Shown in pieces: positions 1 through 15,515 of a stretch of DNA of 64,000 bases (position 1 is the stretch's first letter; each line of letters starts with the position of its first letter). This DNA is from Octopus sinensis (taxonomy: Eukaryota), in contig NC_042998.1 of NCBI RefSeq assembly GCF_006345805.1, positions 113,584,001 through 113,648,000 of the forward strand, given 5' to 3'. A model generated the notes under the pieces. It was not told the DNA's origin and did no database searches. It saw only the letters and a list, made by a program, of their open reading frames with translations. The position numbers were made by a program, and so were the translations under genes.

Positions 1-170
1 TGGGTAGTAAAGAAATAAGTATTTCGTCAGTCTTTACGCTCTGAGTTCAAATCCCGCCGAGGTCGACTTTGCTTTTCATCCTTTCGGGGTCGATAAATTA
101 AGTACCAGTCCTAATCGACTGGTTCCCTCCCCCAAAATTTCGATCCTTGTGCCTAGAGTAGAAAGAATAC
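1..170 (+). mobile_element. SINE family A fragment (Nin/Deu-like core)
   Basis: GAGTTCAAATCCCGCCGAGGTCGACTTTGC..TTCATCCTTTCGGGGTCGATAAATTAAGTACCAG is the same core as the full copy at 24799-25029. Confidence 0.8.
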
Positions 171-289
171 TATTCACTCGTACATCTTTCTTTTCCCTCC
201 CCACTCTGTTACTTAACATAACCTTCTCTTTCTTTCTCTTGCCCTTCTCTCCCCCCTTCTGTCCTTCTTCTTTCTCCACCTCTACATAC

Positions 290-455
290 AGGCGCAGGAG
301 TGGCTGTGTGGTAAGTAGCTTGCTAACCAACCACATGGTTGCGGGTTCAGTCCCACTGCGTGGCATCTTGGGCAAGTGTCTTCTGCTATAGCCCCGGGCC
401 GACCAATGCCTTGTGAGTGGATTTGGTAGACGGAAACTGAAAGAAGCCTGTTGTA

Positions 456-498
<43 letters not shown>

Positions 499-702
499 TT
501 GTCCCCCTAGCATTGCTTGACAACCGATGCTGGTGTGTCTACGTCCCCGCCACTTAGCGGTTCGGCAAAAGAGACCGATAGAATAAGTACTGGGCTTACA
601 AAGAATAAGTTCCGGGGTCGATTTGATCGACTAAAGGCGGTGCTCCAGCATGGCCGCAGTCAAATGACTGAAACAAGTAAAAGAGTAAAGAGTAAAGAGT
701 AA
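290..702 (+). mobile_element. tRNA-derived SINE family B, full length, with internal (TA)/(TG) microsatellite
   Basis: Has an A-box-like TGGCTGTGTGG, a B-box-like GGTTCAGTCCC, the body GGATTTGGTAGACGGAAACTGAAAGAAGCC and a tail of (AAAGAGT)n. It recurs many times in the window. Confidence 0.85.
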
Positions 703-1202
703 TGTCTGTCTTTCTAACTTAGTAGCCGACTTACTGCTCTAACTACATATATTAAATATTTCCACCAATTTCTTCATATTTTGAAATGCTTTAACAGAAA
801 AGTTTACGTAATGGACGCACTTCCTATTATATATTACGCAGACCTGAAACGTACGTATTGAATGATTTCAGCATATCACTATTTGGTCTTACTTCATTAT
901 TACAACTTATACGACTCGATGCCAATTCAAACTGGTCGGTCTTGACTCCACTTATGCGAATAATCTAACAAGGATTTGGAGTAGTTTGTTACATTTGATT
1001 CGTGTCAAAACTCCTGGTACCATGCACTACTTTTTGGCGTAAATACACACACACACACACGTACGTACGTACGTACTACGTACGTATGTATGTATGTATG
1101 TATGTATGTATGTATGTATGTATGTATGTATGTATGTATGTATGGATGGATGGATGGATGGATGGATGTATATGTGCGTGTGCGTGCGTGTCTGTGTACA
1201 TG

Positions 1203-1717
<515 letters not shown>

Positions 1718-1759
1718 CCATATATATATATATATATATATATAATTTCATCATATCTT

Positions 1760-1915
1760 CTCTCTTCGTTTTTTCTTTCTCTCTATTTTCTTCCTCTCAT
1801 CGCTTTCTCTCGAAAAGCGTAGGCTCGGAACATCAAAGACTTTTCAGTTCTTTCTGATCGTCAAACTAATACACCTACTTGTTGTTCCCTCACCTGTCTT
1901 TTGTTTTCTGTAAGG
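1760..1915 (+). mobile_element. Degenerate Penelope pLTR-like short repeat with decayed hammerhead
   Basis: CTTT-CTCTCGA-AAAGC-GTAG-GCTC-GGAAC-ATC-AAAG (1803-1839) has the layout of the hammerheads at 40899 and 62271 but with core mutations. Confidence 0.45.
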
Positions 1916-2025
1916 TTTCGCATTCCATCTTTACTATGTGTACGTGTGTTTTGTGTGCATGTATAAGGGTTTGTATATTACATTATTAGTAACGTATTAT
2001 CTTTTAATTTTTTCCCATTCTACCT

Positions 2026-2665
<640 letters not shown>

Positions 2666-2830
2666 TATATATATATATATGTATATATTTATAACTAACT
2701 TCTCTGAACAATGTTTTGCTGAAGCAACGACAGCCAAGCGTTAAGACTATACGTAAATCCGTTTAGAAAATACTTTGTATTCAACATGGAACTTCTTTAT
2801 AATTGCTGACTAACAAGATTGCTAGGACGG

Positions 2831-3030
<200 letters not shown>

Positions 3031-4009
3031 CTGTCTATATTTATTTCTTTTTTTCTTTCTTTCTTTCTTTCTCCCTATCACTCTCTTTTAAAATGTTTAT
3101 TTAGATTATGTTCTCATTTGTTTTGATAATTCTTCTTTTATTTTGGTATCCATCGATCTTCCAGTGTTTTAAATTAGCCAGAAGATTTGTTAAGATTCTC
3201 CTGACAATGTCTGCCTCTTGTATTTCGTGTTCTTCTTTCAGAATATCCGGTGCAATTTTTCTTGGCAGTGGAAGAAGAATTACATATTTGGTCAGAATAA
3301 CAGATTGATAACCAAATTTGCCTGCATTTGAAAAACAATTAGGAAATAGTTAAAAGTATTTATGGACGAAAATATAATTAAACAAAAAAAGAAACAAAAT
3401 CCCAGAAATGAACATAAAGAAAACAACAAACAAGCAAACAAAACAAAAAAGATCAAAACAAAAAAATCAGGAAGAAAGCAAAATTAGCAATTAAGAATTG
3501 ATATGAATATAAATAAATATAAATAAATACAAATAATTGATATATAAAGAAAGAGAGATGAAATATAATATCAAAAATACAAATTCGTTTTACTTTGAGG
3601 TTTTCTGGTTAATCGTGTAGTCGTTGTTGCTATTTAGCTTCATGTGAAACCTATCGACCAGGTCTTTACTCAAGCACATTCCACCCGTGCTCACTCCATC
3701 CGTGACCACTCCATCCTTATTTTCTACGCAGAGAGCATAGGACAATGTTATTCATGCGTTCTTTTCTAAAGCAATGGGATGTGTGCGATTTGATCCTTCT
3801 CTTCCTTTCCCCCTTTTTTCTCTCTCCCTCCCCCTCTCTCTCTGCTCGTCTTCCTTCTCTCCCTATTCTTTCTCTCTCTATATATATACCTGTCTGTCCT
3901 CCTAACTTAGCTGACTTACTGCTCTAATCACATACATATTGAAATTTTTCCCTTAATTTCTTCATAGAATTTGACTTCTATTTTTTGCATATCGCGCGAT
4001 CATATAGAG

Positions 4010-4584
4010 CAGCGTTTCTCAAACGGGGTTCCCCAAAATCCTAGGGTTCCGCAAAAGGTTCCTGGGGGTTCCGCGAGAAAGATTGAGGTAAGCTAATGGT
4101 AATTTCACGAACGCAATATCACTATACATGCACAACATATTATTGGTTATTGTAATAGTGTAATATAAACATCATCCTATCTAACCTGTTATGTTATAAA
4201 AAATGTGTCAACCATTGGGAATATATTTAGTAATGTCTGTAATGTACAGACACCTTATATATATGAAAATTTATATTAATGGCAAGTGAGTAAGTACACA
4301 GGCTTAGCCACATGCTGAAGGAAGATACCAAATGGCTCTAAACTACCTTAAAATATCACAAAACACGCATCGAAATCGAGGGAATAAACGAAAAAGATTC
4401 ATGAAAAGGTTCAATTACATATCAATTGATTTCAGGATCATATGTATATATATGATATTTATCACGTGAACTACGATGAAAACATATGAGAAAGATATGG
4501 TATATAATTTTTCTTGTGCAGGAGTTCCTTGAGACGTAATTTATTTTAAGTGTTACGCGAAGGTAAAAAGGTTGAGACACACTA
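4010..4584. mobile_element. Non-autonomous hAT (Charlie/Buster-like) MITE
   Basis: Imperfect TIRs CAGCGTTTCTCAAAC / GGTTGAGACACACTA, with an exact 8-bp TSD ATATAGAG at 4002-4009 and 4585-4592. Confidence 0.85.
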
Positions 4585-4879
4585 ATATAGAGGCTCCTCT
4601 CGCTAGATCACATTAATAGCTGCTGTTCCTGTTTTTGTTCGGCCCCCAAGTAATTTCTGACTAAGCAGACCTATGATCAAAGGGTGTTCCAGCCGAGAAG
4701 TACCTCGTTTTATATTCAGACATAATAAATTCCTCCCTTATTAAGACTACAGAGCGTGATTTGAGGGGGACTCAGCTGCTCATCCTTGCACGTTGAGACT
4801 GTATTATTGTTGTTAAAGAGGAAGACCAGTGGTAGAATCAATAAGAGTAATAAACTGAAAACATTGAGGTAGTTTCCCT

Positions 4880-5680
4880 TTAGTTCTGACCTTTTACTTT
4901 CCGAGTTCAAATCTCATTGAGCCGACTTTGTTTTCGTCTTACCAGGTCAGAAATCGATAATATTATTTCCAGTAATATACAATGTTGCATTTATCGACTA
5001 CATTCCTACTTCATCGACTTTCGTCAACTATATTCTCATTTCTAAATATACGGCCTTGTGCAAGAGATAAAAATATTGCTATTATAAATTATGGCTGAAA
5101 GAGTCTTACAGTGTTTGTATACACTTATTTACTTTCTAAATTCAGATACTTTCAGATTCAACTTGGCCTTCCATTCTTCCAGGAAGTGATAAAATAACTA
5201 CCAGTCACATTTTGGGAATCAATTCTAGTGACTGATAGGAAATGTCATTTGATTCGTCAAAAGAGGTGAATTGTCTCAACCGTTAGAACGCCGGAAAAAA
5301 ATATCGCTCTAAGTTCAAATTCTGCCAAGAACAGCTTTGCATTTCTTCCTCCTGGATCGATAAAATGGAGTACTAGTCAAATGCTTGGATTGATTGTATC
5401 GGTTAACGCAACCCCTCAAAACTACTGACCTTGTACCTAAATCTGAATCAGTTATTTGATTCGACAAAGGAGATGAATTTGGCAAAACCGTTTGAGAAAC
5501 AGAAAAAATACTTCGGGTTCTGTACGTTCAGCGTCTAAACTCACCGACGTCAACTTCGCCTTTCATCTAGCCAGAGGTCGATAAAAAAGTAAAGTACCAG
5601 CTTAATACAGGGGTCGATTGTATGACTAATCCTCTCCCCTTAAAGTCGCTGGCCTTCTAGCTAAATTTGTAACAATTAGT
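4880..5680 (+). mobile_element. Cluster of degenerate SINE family A copies
   Basis: Repeated decayed GTTCAAAT..CTTTGCCTT..CGATAAAA..GTACCAG cores. Confidence 0.6.
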
Positions 5681-5989
5681 AGAAATGTTGCTTTTGTCTT
5701 TGAGTCTTAACACGTTGAAATCGAAACGTTGATAGCGAGAAGGAAACTTCTGGGAGACCGGCTGCATTTCCCTCAAAATGTAGCATGCTGTAAGGTAATC
5801 AGCTATGTATAAGTATTGGTATTACTGATTGGTGTGGAGTCATTAAGCAACGCACTCTAATATCTGATGCATAAACGTCTTTTCTCCTCATCTTATTCTT
5901 ATTAACATTACTATAGTTGCACCTGCTTCTCAGAGTCGTTGGTCTCATACCAACAGGACTCACTCAGCTCTCCTCCTCTCGATACTTAC

Positions 5990-7060
5990 ATTGTATCTAT
6001 CCCTATGCTCTCCACTAATTATTTTGGACAAATAATCCTACCCAGAATGTCAGTACTCAGGGATTCACTCATGAAGTTTTTAGTCTTCTATTTGCAGTTA
6101 TTCAAGAAATTCATCTGACTTTAACGGTCTGAAAGCATCTACAAAGATCATGGGTATAACCCCGTCCTTCGGACTAAATGCATAAAGAAAAAAAAAGCAC
6201 ACGCAGCAACATATCTGTAGGACGCACTTAATCGTCCGGTCAACAACCCGCATACCATAGAACTGCATAGGACTACAGTTTCAAATTAGGAAAGGAGTCA
6301 GGCAAGGCTAAATATTATCTTGCAACCTATTTCACCTATACGCACTTACAGATCTTCAGAGAAGTCGGAGACATGATGCCAGGAGCATTAATAGGAGGTA
6401 TGAACACCGAAAATGTTATATATGCAAGCAATATTAACTTTCAGCAGAGATAACCGTCTAAAATCTTGTAGCCAATGCAAATAGCAAACAAATGTCCTGT
6501 GCACAGCTAAAACAGAGTCGCCAATAAACAATTGTCTACAGAAACAGATATTATACATAATAAAAAGGAAGCCAGTTGAATGAGCATTGGTATATGCAGC
6601 ATGAGAGCTGTAAATGTGAAGCATAAATTTAATTATTGAGGTAGGTGGACAATCATTTGACAAAATGTCAAACATAAAGACAATTAACATGGAAACCAGT
6701 GAAAAAGTTATAAAATGTGTATTTTACGAAGCTGAAATATAAGCATTAACAAAAATAATGTTACAGATTAGAAACTTTTGTGATGTTGGCATATAGAAAA
6801 CTTTTGAGAATCTCATGAGCAGAATTCAAAACCATTGATGAAGTACCGAGAATGGCAAATACTATGAAAATTTTATTAGATACAATAAAAAGAAACAAAA
6901 CTAAAGTATTTCGGATACTTGATTAGGAGATCATGGTTTACCATGACTGAGAATAGGAAACAAAATGAATGGGAAGGGGAACCAAGAATTAGGAGGTTGG
7001 ATTATTTCAAGAATTGGACCGACTTGGAAGTTACAGTGAATGTAGAAGGACAGTACAAGA
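5990..7060 (+). mobile_element. Decayed RTE-clade LINE (RT and C-terminal region)
   Basis: Broken frames give IRKGVRQG*ILSCNLFHLY (about 6285-6340), IGGMNTENVIYA (degenerate YADD) and MLAYRKLLRIS*AEFKTIDEV. Confidence 0.7.
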
Positions 7061-7117
7061 AAGGATTGAGACGACGATCCATTGTATTCACTTTGCTAAA
7101 AGTGGATAATCCCTGAA

Positions 7118-7161
<44 letters not shown>

Positions 7162-7982
7162 TACACACACATACACACAAACAGACAAACACACACACGC
7201 GTGTATGGTCTACGCTGTATGACTGTATGTGTGTGTGTATATATATATGTGTGTGTGTGTGTGTGAGTGTGTTTGTGTATATATCACACACACACCCATA
7301 TATATATGTAGACTGGGAGTAACATCTAAATTAAATTAATTGTGATATTGTGAAATTCTAGTCGCCAGCAATTTCAGTAAACAAATTGGTTTGCCCTAAA
7401 TTTTTTTCCGACAATTAGTGTAAAATTATAAATTGCATATTTATCTGAGTCAATATTATTCCTCAATAATATCATCATTGATTCTAGGACATTGGGAAGT
7501 TATGGTCGCCTTTTATCAAATATGGTTTTCCACAGTTTGTCTGTTGGATGGGATCGTAAGTCTTGGCTCAAGCGAAAGAGAAAGACTGAATGAGTGGAAA
7601 CTGAAATGTTGTCAGATGTTCACAGCCTGCTATTAGTTAGGTAGTACCGCCGGTGAAACTTCCACGTTTTTTACGTTGTTTATCATTGTATATAGATCTG
7701 TCTGTGACATTCTGTTCATTTTCATTCATTTACGAATGTGTTCAATGTTCCTTTCTGTTCTTTCAAAGTTTCCTACTGTGTGTTTGTGTGACATTCTATC
7801 TGTAATTCACAATTTAAGTATCTATCTGTGACTCTTCATTTTTTTTTGTCTCTGCCGTGTGTGTCTCTATGAATCTGTGTTCATTGCTCACTACTGCATG
7901 TGACTTGTTCGTGGTTCACTATTGTGTGTGTCTGTGTGGTTAACTGCTTATTGTTCACTGTCGCATATATCTGTATGTTTAC

Positions 7983-8121
7983 CTGTGGTGGAGCTAGAGT
8001 ATGTGCCGCTCCGGATCCCACCCCACAAAAAATACAACGTATTCCCTCTAAATGGGCCGTCTCCATAAAACTATCACCTGGGGAAAACCACCACCTTCTC
8101 CCCAAACTCCAGCTAGCTACT
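7983..8121. mobile_element. Possible short MITE (Harbinger-like termini)
   Basis: Termini CTGTGGTGGAGCTAG and CAGCTAGCTACTG are only loosely complementary. Confidence 0.3.
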
Positions 8122-8269
8122 GTCTGTTTGTGTTTGATGGTTTATGTTACAAAGAAGAAAATGAAAGAAAAAAAGATGGCTTCTAGCACCCATCCATGTT
8201 ATTTGGAACTGTTTTAGTTATATCATATACGTACATAATTAAGAGAATCTCGTTCAATGTAATTTTTCT

Positions 8270-8480
8270 TCTGTAGGCACAAGGCCTGATATTTTGTGGG
8301 AGAAGACTAATCGATTACATCGACCCCAGTGCTCAATCGATATTTATTTTATCGGCACCGAAAGGATGAAAGACAAAGTTGATTTCGGCGGAATTTGAAG
8401 CCTGGATGTAAAAAACCGTAAGAAACGCCGCTAAGCATTTTGTTAGGCGTGCTAACGATTTGTACCAGTTTGCCACCTTA
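8270..8480 (-). mobile_element. SINE family A
   Basis: Reverse complement of the family A core and head. Further minus-strand copies lie at about 15690-15880, 16230-16320, 20285-20360 and 27980-28370. Confidence 0.75.
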
Positions 8481-8936
8481 GAACATCGCTTAATATAATA
8501 CAGATAAAATATTGAGTTTCTTTCAGTTTAGGATGCACTATAGTATATTGCAGTGTGGTTTAGAAATGTAGAAGTGTACTTAGAGTGCTGTTACTACTTT
8601 ATGCTTCAAACAGTCGTTGGTTTATGCTGTATGGTTGTATATTCTACTCGTAACTGTTTTTGTTTGTTCCTTCAATGGGAGGGAATCTTTTCATTTGGTC
8701 CGCATATGTAAACTGGAGCATTGCTAGATGAATGGGTGTTGCTTTTGTTTAGATAACTTGTTTAGATTCTTTTCGTAATTCCTTCATAGTTCTCTCAAGC
8801 CTTTACTTCTGTTCCCAATGGAAGTCAAATGTATTTAAAATATATTAATCTATAATGACTCAATATATCTATTTCATACATACATACATACATACATACA
8901 TACATAACATACATACATACATACATACATACATAA

Positions 8937-10725
8937 CAAAGGTATCTACTGCCTTAATTGCTGCTATAGGGAGACTCACAAAGACATGGAAACTATTCTT
9001 ACCCTTACGACCGAGAACAGAATAATTGTTACTAATAGTATAGGCATTACAAAGGGAATATTCCAGGGAAATAGTCTTTCTGTACTTCTTTTCAGTTTGG
9101 CACTGAATCCATTATCGTTCCTACTGCAGAAAATAAATAGTTACATGCTAGGATCTTCAACTGCCGGAAATATCAATGTAAACCGTAATTTCTTTGTAGA
9201 CTTATGCTAAAATTGTTAACAATGCCATAAAACAAATGGAATTAATAACAACATTTTCAGCTGATATAGGCATGGAATTTGGGCAAAATAAATGTTCGTA
9301 TTTGGTTATAGAACGATGAAAGTCAGTCCCCTAAACCCAAAACCTGTGCATCTCCCCCATTCCATACAAAGAATGTTACAATTACCTAGGCATAGACTAA
9401 AATGCATCATATGGAGGCACTGTGAATATCGGTAGACTGACCCGAGAATATTACACCAGACTTAGGAAAAAGTCGAAAGTCTCCTCTTACAACAAAACGA
9501 TATCCCACAATGCATTTGCAGTACCAGTGCTGATCCCAACATTTGGGATACTTGATTGGTCTGTAGAGGAAATCCATTCCATAGATATCAGAACCCACAA
9601 AATCCTAACAACAACTGGGAACTTCCACAGAAACAGTGATGTTGACCGGCTCTACCTAAGAAGAAATGAAAGTGGTAGAAGCCTGAGATCAGTGCAGACG
9701 GCCTTCGAATGCCGTATGGTATCACTCAGGTAGCACCTGCTAAACAACAGCAGCAAAAATAAATATATTAATGCAGTCCTGAAAAGTGAAGTAACCAGCA
9801 TTGAACGAGTTGGCAGTAAACTTCTCAAGAAACACTCTCTTCCTGATGATCTCCTATACAGCCCCAAAACAGCTGGGCTCTCTTACTTCAGAGAAGACCT
9901 GGATGGAAAGCACTCAGCATACAAAAAAAAAAAAAAGATCATGCATGGGTATGTTGTCCGGAATTTTGAAGAAGACAGTAGAATTGGCACGAAGCGCAAC
10001 CTCTCTTGGATACAAGATCACTACATCACATCACACTTTGAAGGCTATGCGTTTGCAATCCAGAAACAGGAGATTGCCACAAAGTACCAGGTGAACAATA
10101 GAGACAGTGACGCTCTTGTAATCTCAAGGTGCAACCGCAAATGTAGGATATGTCATATTTCTGTGGAAGACGTTAAGCATGTGATTAGCAGCTGTCATAA
10201 AATGTCGTCACTGTACTACCCCGCTATGCGGCACGATGCTGTAACTAAAACAATTTACAATGCCATCCGCAAAAAAAAAAAAAAGACTGTCCTGAAATAA
10301 ACTTAGAAAATCCCTCTGTTATTGAATACATTCGTAAACACCAGCTCAAGGAATACTGGTGGAATATTCTCATCAAAACTTCTGTCAAATGTTAGCATAA
10401 CAGGCCGGATATTGTTGTTTGGGATAGAGGAGCAAAGGTATGTACCATCATAGAGTTTAGCTGCCCTGCAGATATAAATATCTCTTTGAAAATCAAAGAA
10501 AAAGAGGATATCTATGGGTAACTGCTTCGAAACCCCCAGCTTCTACATCCAGACTATGAATTCATAATAATCGGAGTACTAGGTTTTGTCAGTAAATGCT
10601 TAAAGGAGAATCTGGATAAACTTGGATTTTCAGAAAGAGAAATTGACCGGCTGATTCTTACATTACAAGTCCAATTTGTGAATGGAACAGTAAATATGCA
10701 AGACTTTTCTCAAATTCCAGCTATG
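8937..10725 (+). mobile_element. R4/Dong-clade non-LTR retrotransposon, 5'-truncated pseudogene (RT + CCHC + RLE)
   Basis: RT motifs GIFQGNSLSVLLF, GMEFGQNKC, NAFAVPVL and FHRNSDVDRLYLRR..GRSL; zinc knuckle CRIC..HVISSC; RHD; RLE motif HNRPDIVVWD..IIEFSCP. It begins immediately after a (TACA)n array. Confidence 0.9.
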
Positions 10726-11019
10726 TTGCTTTGCCTTTCATCTTTTGAGGGTTGATAAAATAAGTACCAGTTGAATGTATAACCAGTTCACTTGATCATA
10801 CAATTGGAATGATCATCCTAGAAACTGATGAAGATCTATTTCCTTTAGTTTTTGTTTACTTATACACATCAGCAAATGAGCCAATGAGGTAATCTCTGTG
10901 TGGTTGTTCAATTTGCTAGAAATAACAGCCAAATCTCTCTCATACTATGCTCTAACATTTTAAACATGAAGGACACATTAAATAATGTTGTCCTACATCT
11001 TCAATAAAAATACAAAATA

Positions 11020-11505
11020 GCTCATTCTGGCCTGACTTGGGTTTCAAATGAAAGGCATTCGTTGCAACACAGAAAAACGTCACGAAATATATGTAAAATA
11101 TATATGAAAAATATATGAAAAATATGTAAAATATTAAGACTATTGACGGAAAATATCTACAATAAAATTTTGATTGATAAATATAAATTTTTATTAAAAC
11201 AAAACACGCGAGTGAAGTAAATCTCGTGGTGTGAAGAATCAACACGACACAACGTGCGGATGAAGTGAAACACAACACAACGTCCTGTTGTCATGGTAAC
11301 AATCTGTTAGTGTCTCGCTGTCTGCTGATTGGCTAAAATTACCCAAATTTTCCCAACTTTAATTCCCAATAACATCAGATTCTTTAATTTACGAAATAAA
11401 GTAATAAGTTGATCATAATCAAAATTCAGAGTTGCATCGATACACCAAAATTGAAAGCAATCTGAGCAAAATTAAAGGGGGCTGATTTTGTGAATCAATT
11501 TAACT
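11020..11505. repeat. Unclassified repeat-like segment, possibly a non-autonomous DNA transposon
   Basis: Contains GTTTCAAATGAAAGG and CTGATTGGCT motifs and sits between other repeats; no TIR or TSD was established. Confidence 0.3.
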
Positions 11506-13145
11506 AGATCTTCGATTTGTTCGACTAAAGGCGGTGCTCTAGCATAGCTGCAGTCAAGTGACTGAAACAAATAAAAGAGTAAAAGAGTAAAGAATATATA
11601 TCTTCACTAATTAAGTGAAGTGAAACATACAAATGGTATATCTTTCTCGGCTTGTTGGGAGTTATTACTCTTCCAGGTGGTAGCTTGAATTCTTAGATAT
11701 AGCAGCCAAATTTCACCGAAATCACACCCACTGTCTTTAAGAGGAGAAAGACACAATGGATAAACACGGAACAGCTATAATGTATAAACGGGCTGTATAC
11801 AGTTGGAATATTTCCGATCATAGGTTTGTACCACCAGGTTTGACCTGGGGCTAAACAACGTTAGAAAAAATAATAAAAATCTAAAAGTACACTCGTAATT
11901 TCTTATACAAGACAGAGAATTATAATGTACGTAAAACGAGATGTAGCTTTGTCTATGCGTTTCTCAATGAAATGATAGAAATTAGGGAAGTGAAGATGTT
12001 ATAAACAAGGAAGACAGATTAGGCTGGTTATGAGCTTACCTCATGCGGCAGTACTGACAATCAACTTTTAAATATATATAACTAAGGATTTCTATTTCCG
12101 TCTTTTGGCTCATACTCACTGGTTTCTTTTCTGCCTTTCATTCTGTTTAAATTTTTATCTTCTTTCCCTGGCAGTGAAATACAGTGTCTGTAGGCTTCAT
12201 TCAGCAGACATTTCCCCTGCCACCACCAGATCCTTGTTCTCCAAGAATTAGTTTCTAATTACGCTACTACACTTAATTGTTTCCTCTCTTTACAATTTCA
12301 CACTCTTTTTCGAAAATGGCCGTCCACTGACGTGATGATGGTTGTGTCGCTGCTATTGCTGGTGGTGGTGGTGGAAAGGTTATTGTTGTCGTTGGTGATA
12401 GTGAACGAGAAGGAGCAAGTCTTTGCACATGATCAGATCAAGTATATCGGTGAAGTAGCTTGCAGCTAAATAAGGAAAAGCCTTTATTATTCGCCTCCTT
12501 CCCCCGCATTAAATACATATGGTCGGACGTGGCAGCGGATAGCACTTCACAGACGGATTTGTTCTAGCAATCACTTAACTTTTCGCCACAGTTAACCGGT
12601 CAGTCAGCCTAATGTAAGAACTGCTTCGGAAATTACGTATCAACACTTCCCTAATCTTCTCTTAATGAATACGACCATTTTAAAGATGTCACGAAATCAG
12701 CATTGGAAGAACCGATTACATTGACATACAAACATACATACACACAAACATTGGTAACACATACACACCATCAAGTGCATCATACACATACGCATACACG
12801 CATACATGCACACAAAAATAGATACAGAATCATATATGTGTGTGTAATTTATATATATATATATAAGCACACTTATACGCCACACGTAAAGAAGGAATAG
12901 ACGAAGTTGTACTCTCAGCGAACACCAGCCGACATACACGAAGGAGGCGAGAGGGAAGTCAAGTGACTGATAAAGTGTTAGCGTTCAAACCAAAACTAAA
13001 GGAAGATAAATAACATAAAAAAATTATGCCATTGTTTTAAACAATTATTTGCTGCACAACCACCTTCTATATTTCTCTTCCCATCCCACTGCCACTGTCT
13101 TGCTATTAGCAATCAAGTTTGGACCAGCCAATAATTAATGACTGA

Positions 13146-13260
<115 letters not shown>

Positions 13261-14680
13261 CTGTTTCAGTCACCATTCTAGCGTCCTCACGTTCGGTTGA
13301 ATCCTGCGGTTGGCTTAGTCTGTTAGTGTGAGTTAATCGCAGTGACAAGCGACGTTTGATTCGTTGAGCGCCGAACTGGCCGTCCAGGTCATTTGGGCAA
13401 CTATGTTTAGCGGAAGAAGGAACCATTTTGAACCGTTTCTAAAGGGGGAAAAAAGGAGGAGAAGTTTAATACAATGCGTCTTGATATTTATTTGATTTAA
13501 CGAACAGCTCTAAGTGGATTTCAAAATCTTAGCATAATAGCTGCGGGCTATGGGACTGGAGAAGTGAATGGGGGAAGAATAAACAATTTGCGAGTGAATA
13601 GCTCTTCCCTACTACATCAGAGCAATTCGTAACCCCTCGAATACTAACTCGCGAGTGCCTGTTGTGTTAATCATTATTGAGTCAACATTAAGAAACTAAT
13701 CACTAAATTAGCCATAATGCTGTAAATTCCTCGATGCTTCTTGTCTTAAACAAATCTAGATAATATCAAGTAATTTTTAACACCTCATTTCCATCATGGC
13801 GACGTCTTCTTCAAGTGTTGACAGTCAACGGAAAACAGTGCAAGAGTATATAAAAACAACAACGTTCTAATTTTCTATTCTCTACAAATATTAATCCGGT
13901 CTATAATCGTTCTATGTGCTTTTGTCTAGTTGTTATCTATGTTTTACTTACTATGGAAATGTTTGAAAGGAAATTTGACAATATTTTACAGTGAAACATT
14001 GGAGAAAGGACAATATAAAGAGGAAGATAAAAAAAATGAGGGCAAGGATGAAAGGGGGCCAGCGAGGGTACACTCACCAGGCAGAAAGAAACAAGAGAAA
14101 GAAGGCGGAATGGTCACGGCTTGAATATCTTTAGGTGTAGCTCTATCTGGACAAAAGTGACTTGGAGATAAATGACATTGATAAGGAGGAGGAGAATGAG
14201 AAACGGGAGAAGTAAATGAAGAAGAGGACAGAGAAGACGAAGAAGACGAAGAAGAATGAGAAAAATGAAAAGAAGAAGAAAAATAAGAATGCGAAGGAGA
14301 AAAACAAGAAAATGAAAGATAACAATGAGAAGTAAATGAAAAAGAAATAGTATCAGAAGAAAATAGATGTATTAGGGGAGGAGAAGAAGAAAAAGAAAAA
14401 TAATCATCTTTTTCCCCCTCATTCTTCTCATTTGTTTTCTTTTTCTCCTCCTCCCCCTCTTCTCTTCATACTTTTTGAGAAGAAGAATGAGGAGGTGAAG
14501 GAGTACGAGGAGGAGAAAAGTGATGAAGAGAAAAGACGAAGTGGTTATATATATATCTTAGAAAGTTATATATATGAGACAAGCATATTTTGTTTGGTAA
14601 CTTAAAACTGATGTGTTAAAACTGTTGTAGCGAAACTCCATAAGTGCCTAAGGAAGGATATGAGCATCAGAACACCCATA

Positions 14681-15077
14681 TCTTTATATATAAAAGTCAA
14701 GATGTGTGTCTGTCTCCTACGATTTAGATTCCTAACTACTCCCACATTTGGCGGTGCAGTTTAACCAAAACCGGGTATCTTATATTCGTGATTCATATCG
14801 AGCCCTTCTGGGTATTAGCGCGCGTCTACGATGAGTCTACGATTTAAAAAAAAATTTACCATCATTTTTTTCCATTTTAAAGCATTTTTTTCGCTATTAT
14901 ATAAGGGAAGTAACTCTCTAAAAATGTCTACGATGAGTCAACGATTAAAAAAAAAATTACCATAATTTTTTTCCCATTTTAATGCATTTTTTTTGCTATT
15001 TTTGGCTATAACTCTCTAAAAATGCTTATATGGTTATTTCCCTTACAAACCCGAGCAACGCCGGGCGATACTGCTAG
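14681..15077 (+). mobile_element. Non-autonomous Helitron
   Basis: Starts A|TC and ends CTAG|T; has a subterminal hairpin CCCG-AGCAACGC-CGGG just before the end and an internal direct repeat (TCTACGATGAGTC..). Confidence 0.85.
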
Positions 15078-15265
15078 TATCTCATAAATCAATCATTCGT
15101 TTGTATATAATATATTGTATTTATTGATCAGTGAACCACAATATATAGATTTCATCTTTGATTCCATGGTTGTCATCAGGGGATCACATTAATAGGTAGC
15201 ACAGCCTGTTAGAAATAGCAACCAAATCGGCCTCAGATATACATAACTGTCTGAAAATAATAACA

Positions 15266-15290
15266 TTTCGAGTTCGATTCCAAGCAGTGA

Positions 15291-15386
<96 letters not shown>

Positions 15387-15515
15387 CAACATCGAAAACT
15401 ACCTTAGGAATGAGAACTCAGGTTCGAAATTTCCCCAAGACACCTGAAGAAGGCTGGAGGGTATATCAGCCGATGAGGACAAAAACCCGTCGAATGTAAA
15501 TAATGTAAATAACAT
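15266..15515 (+). mobile_element. Composite repeat: Pol III B-box, (AAT)n and broken hammerhead-like tail
   Basis: GAGTTCGATTCC at about 15270, (AAT)n at 15296-15382, then CTGAAGA-A-GGCTG-(loop)-CAGCC-GA at about 15444-15473 with no GAAA/NUH half. Confidence 0.5.
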
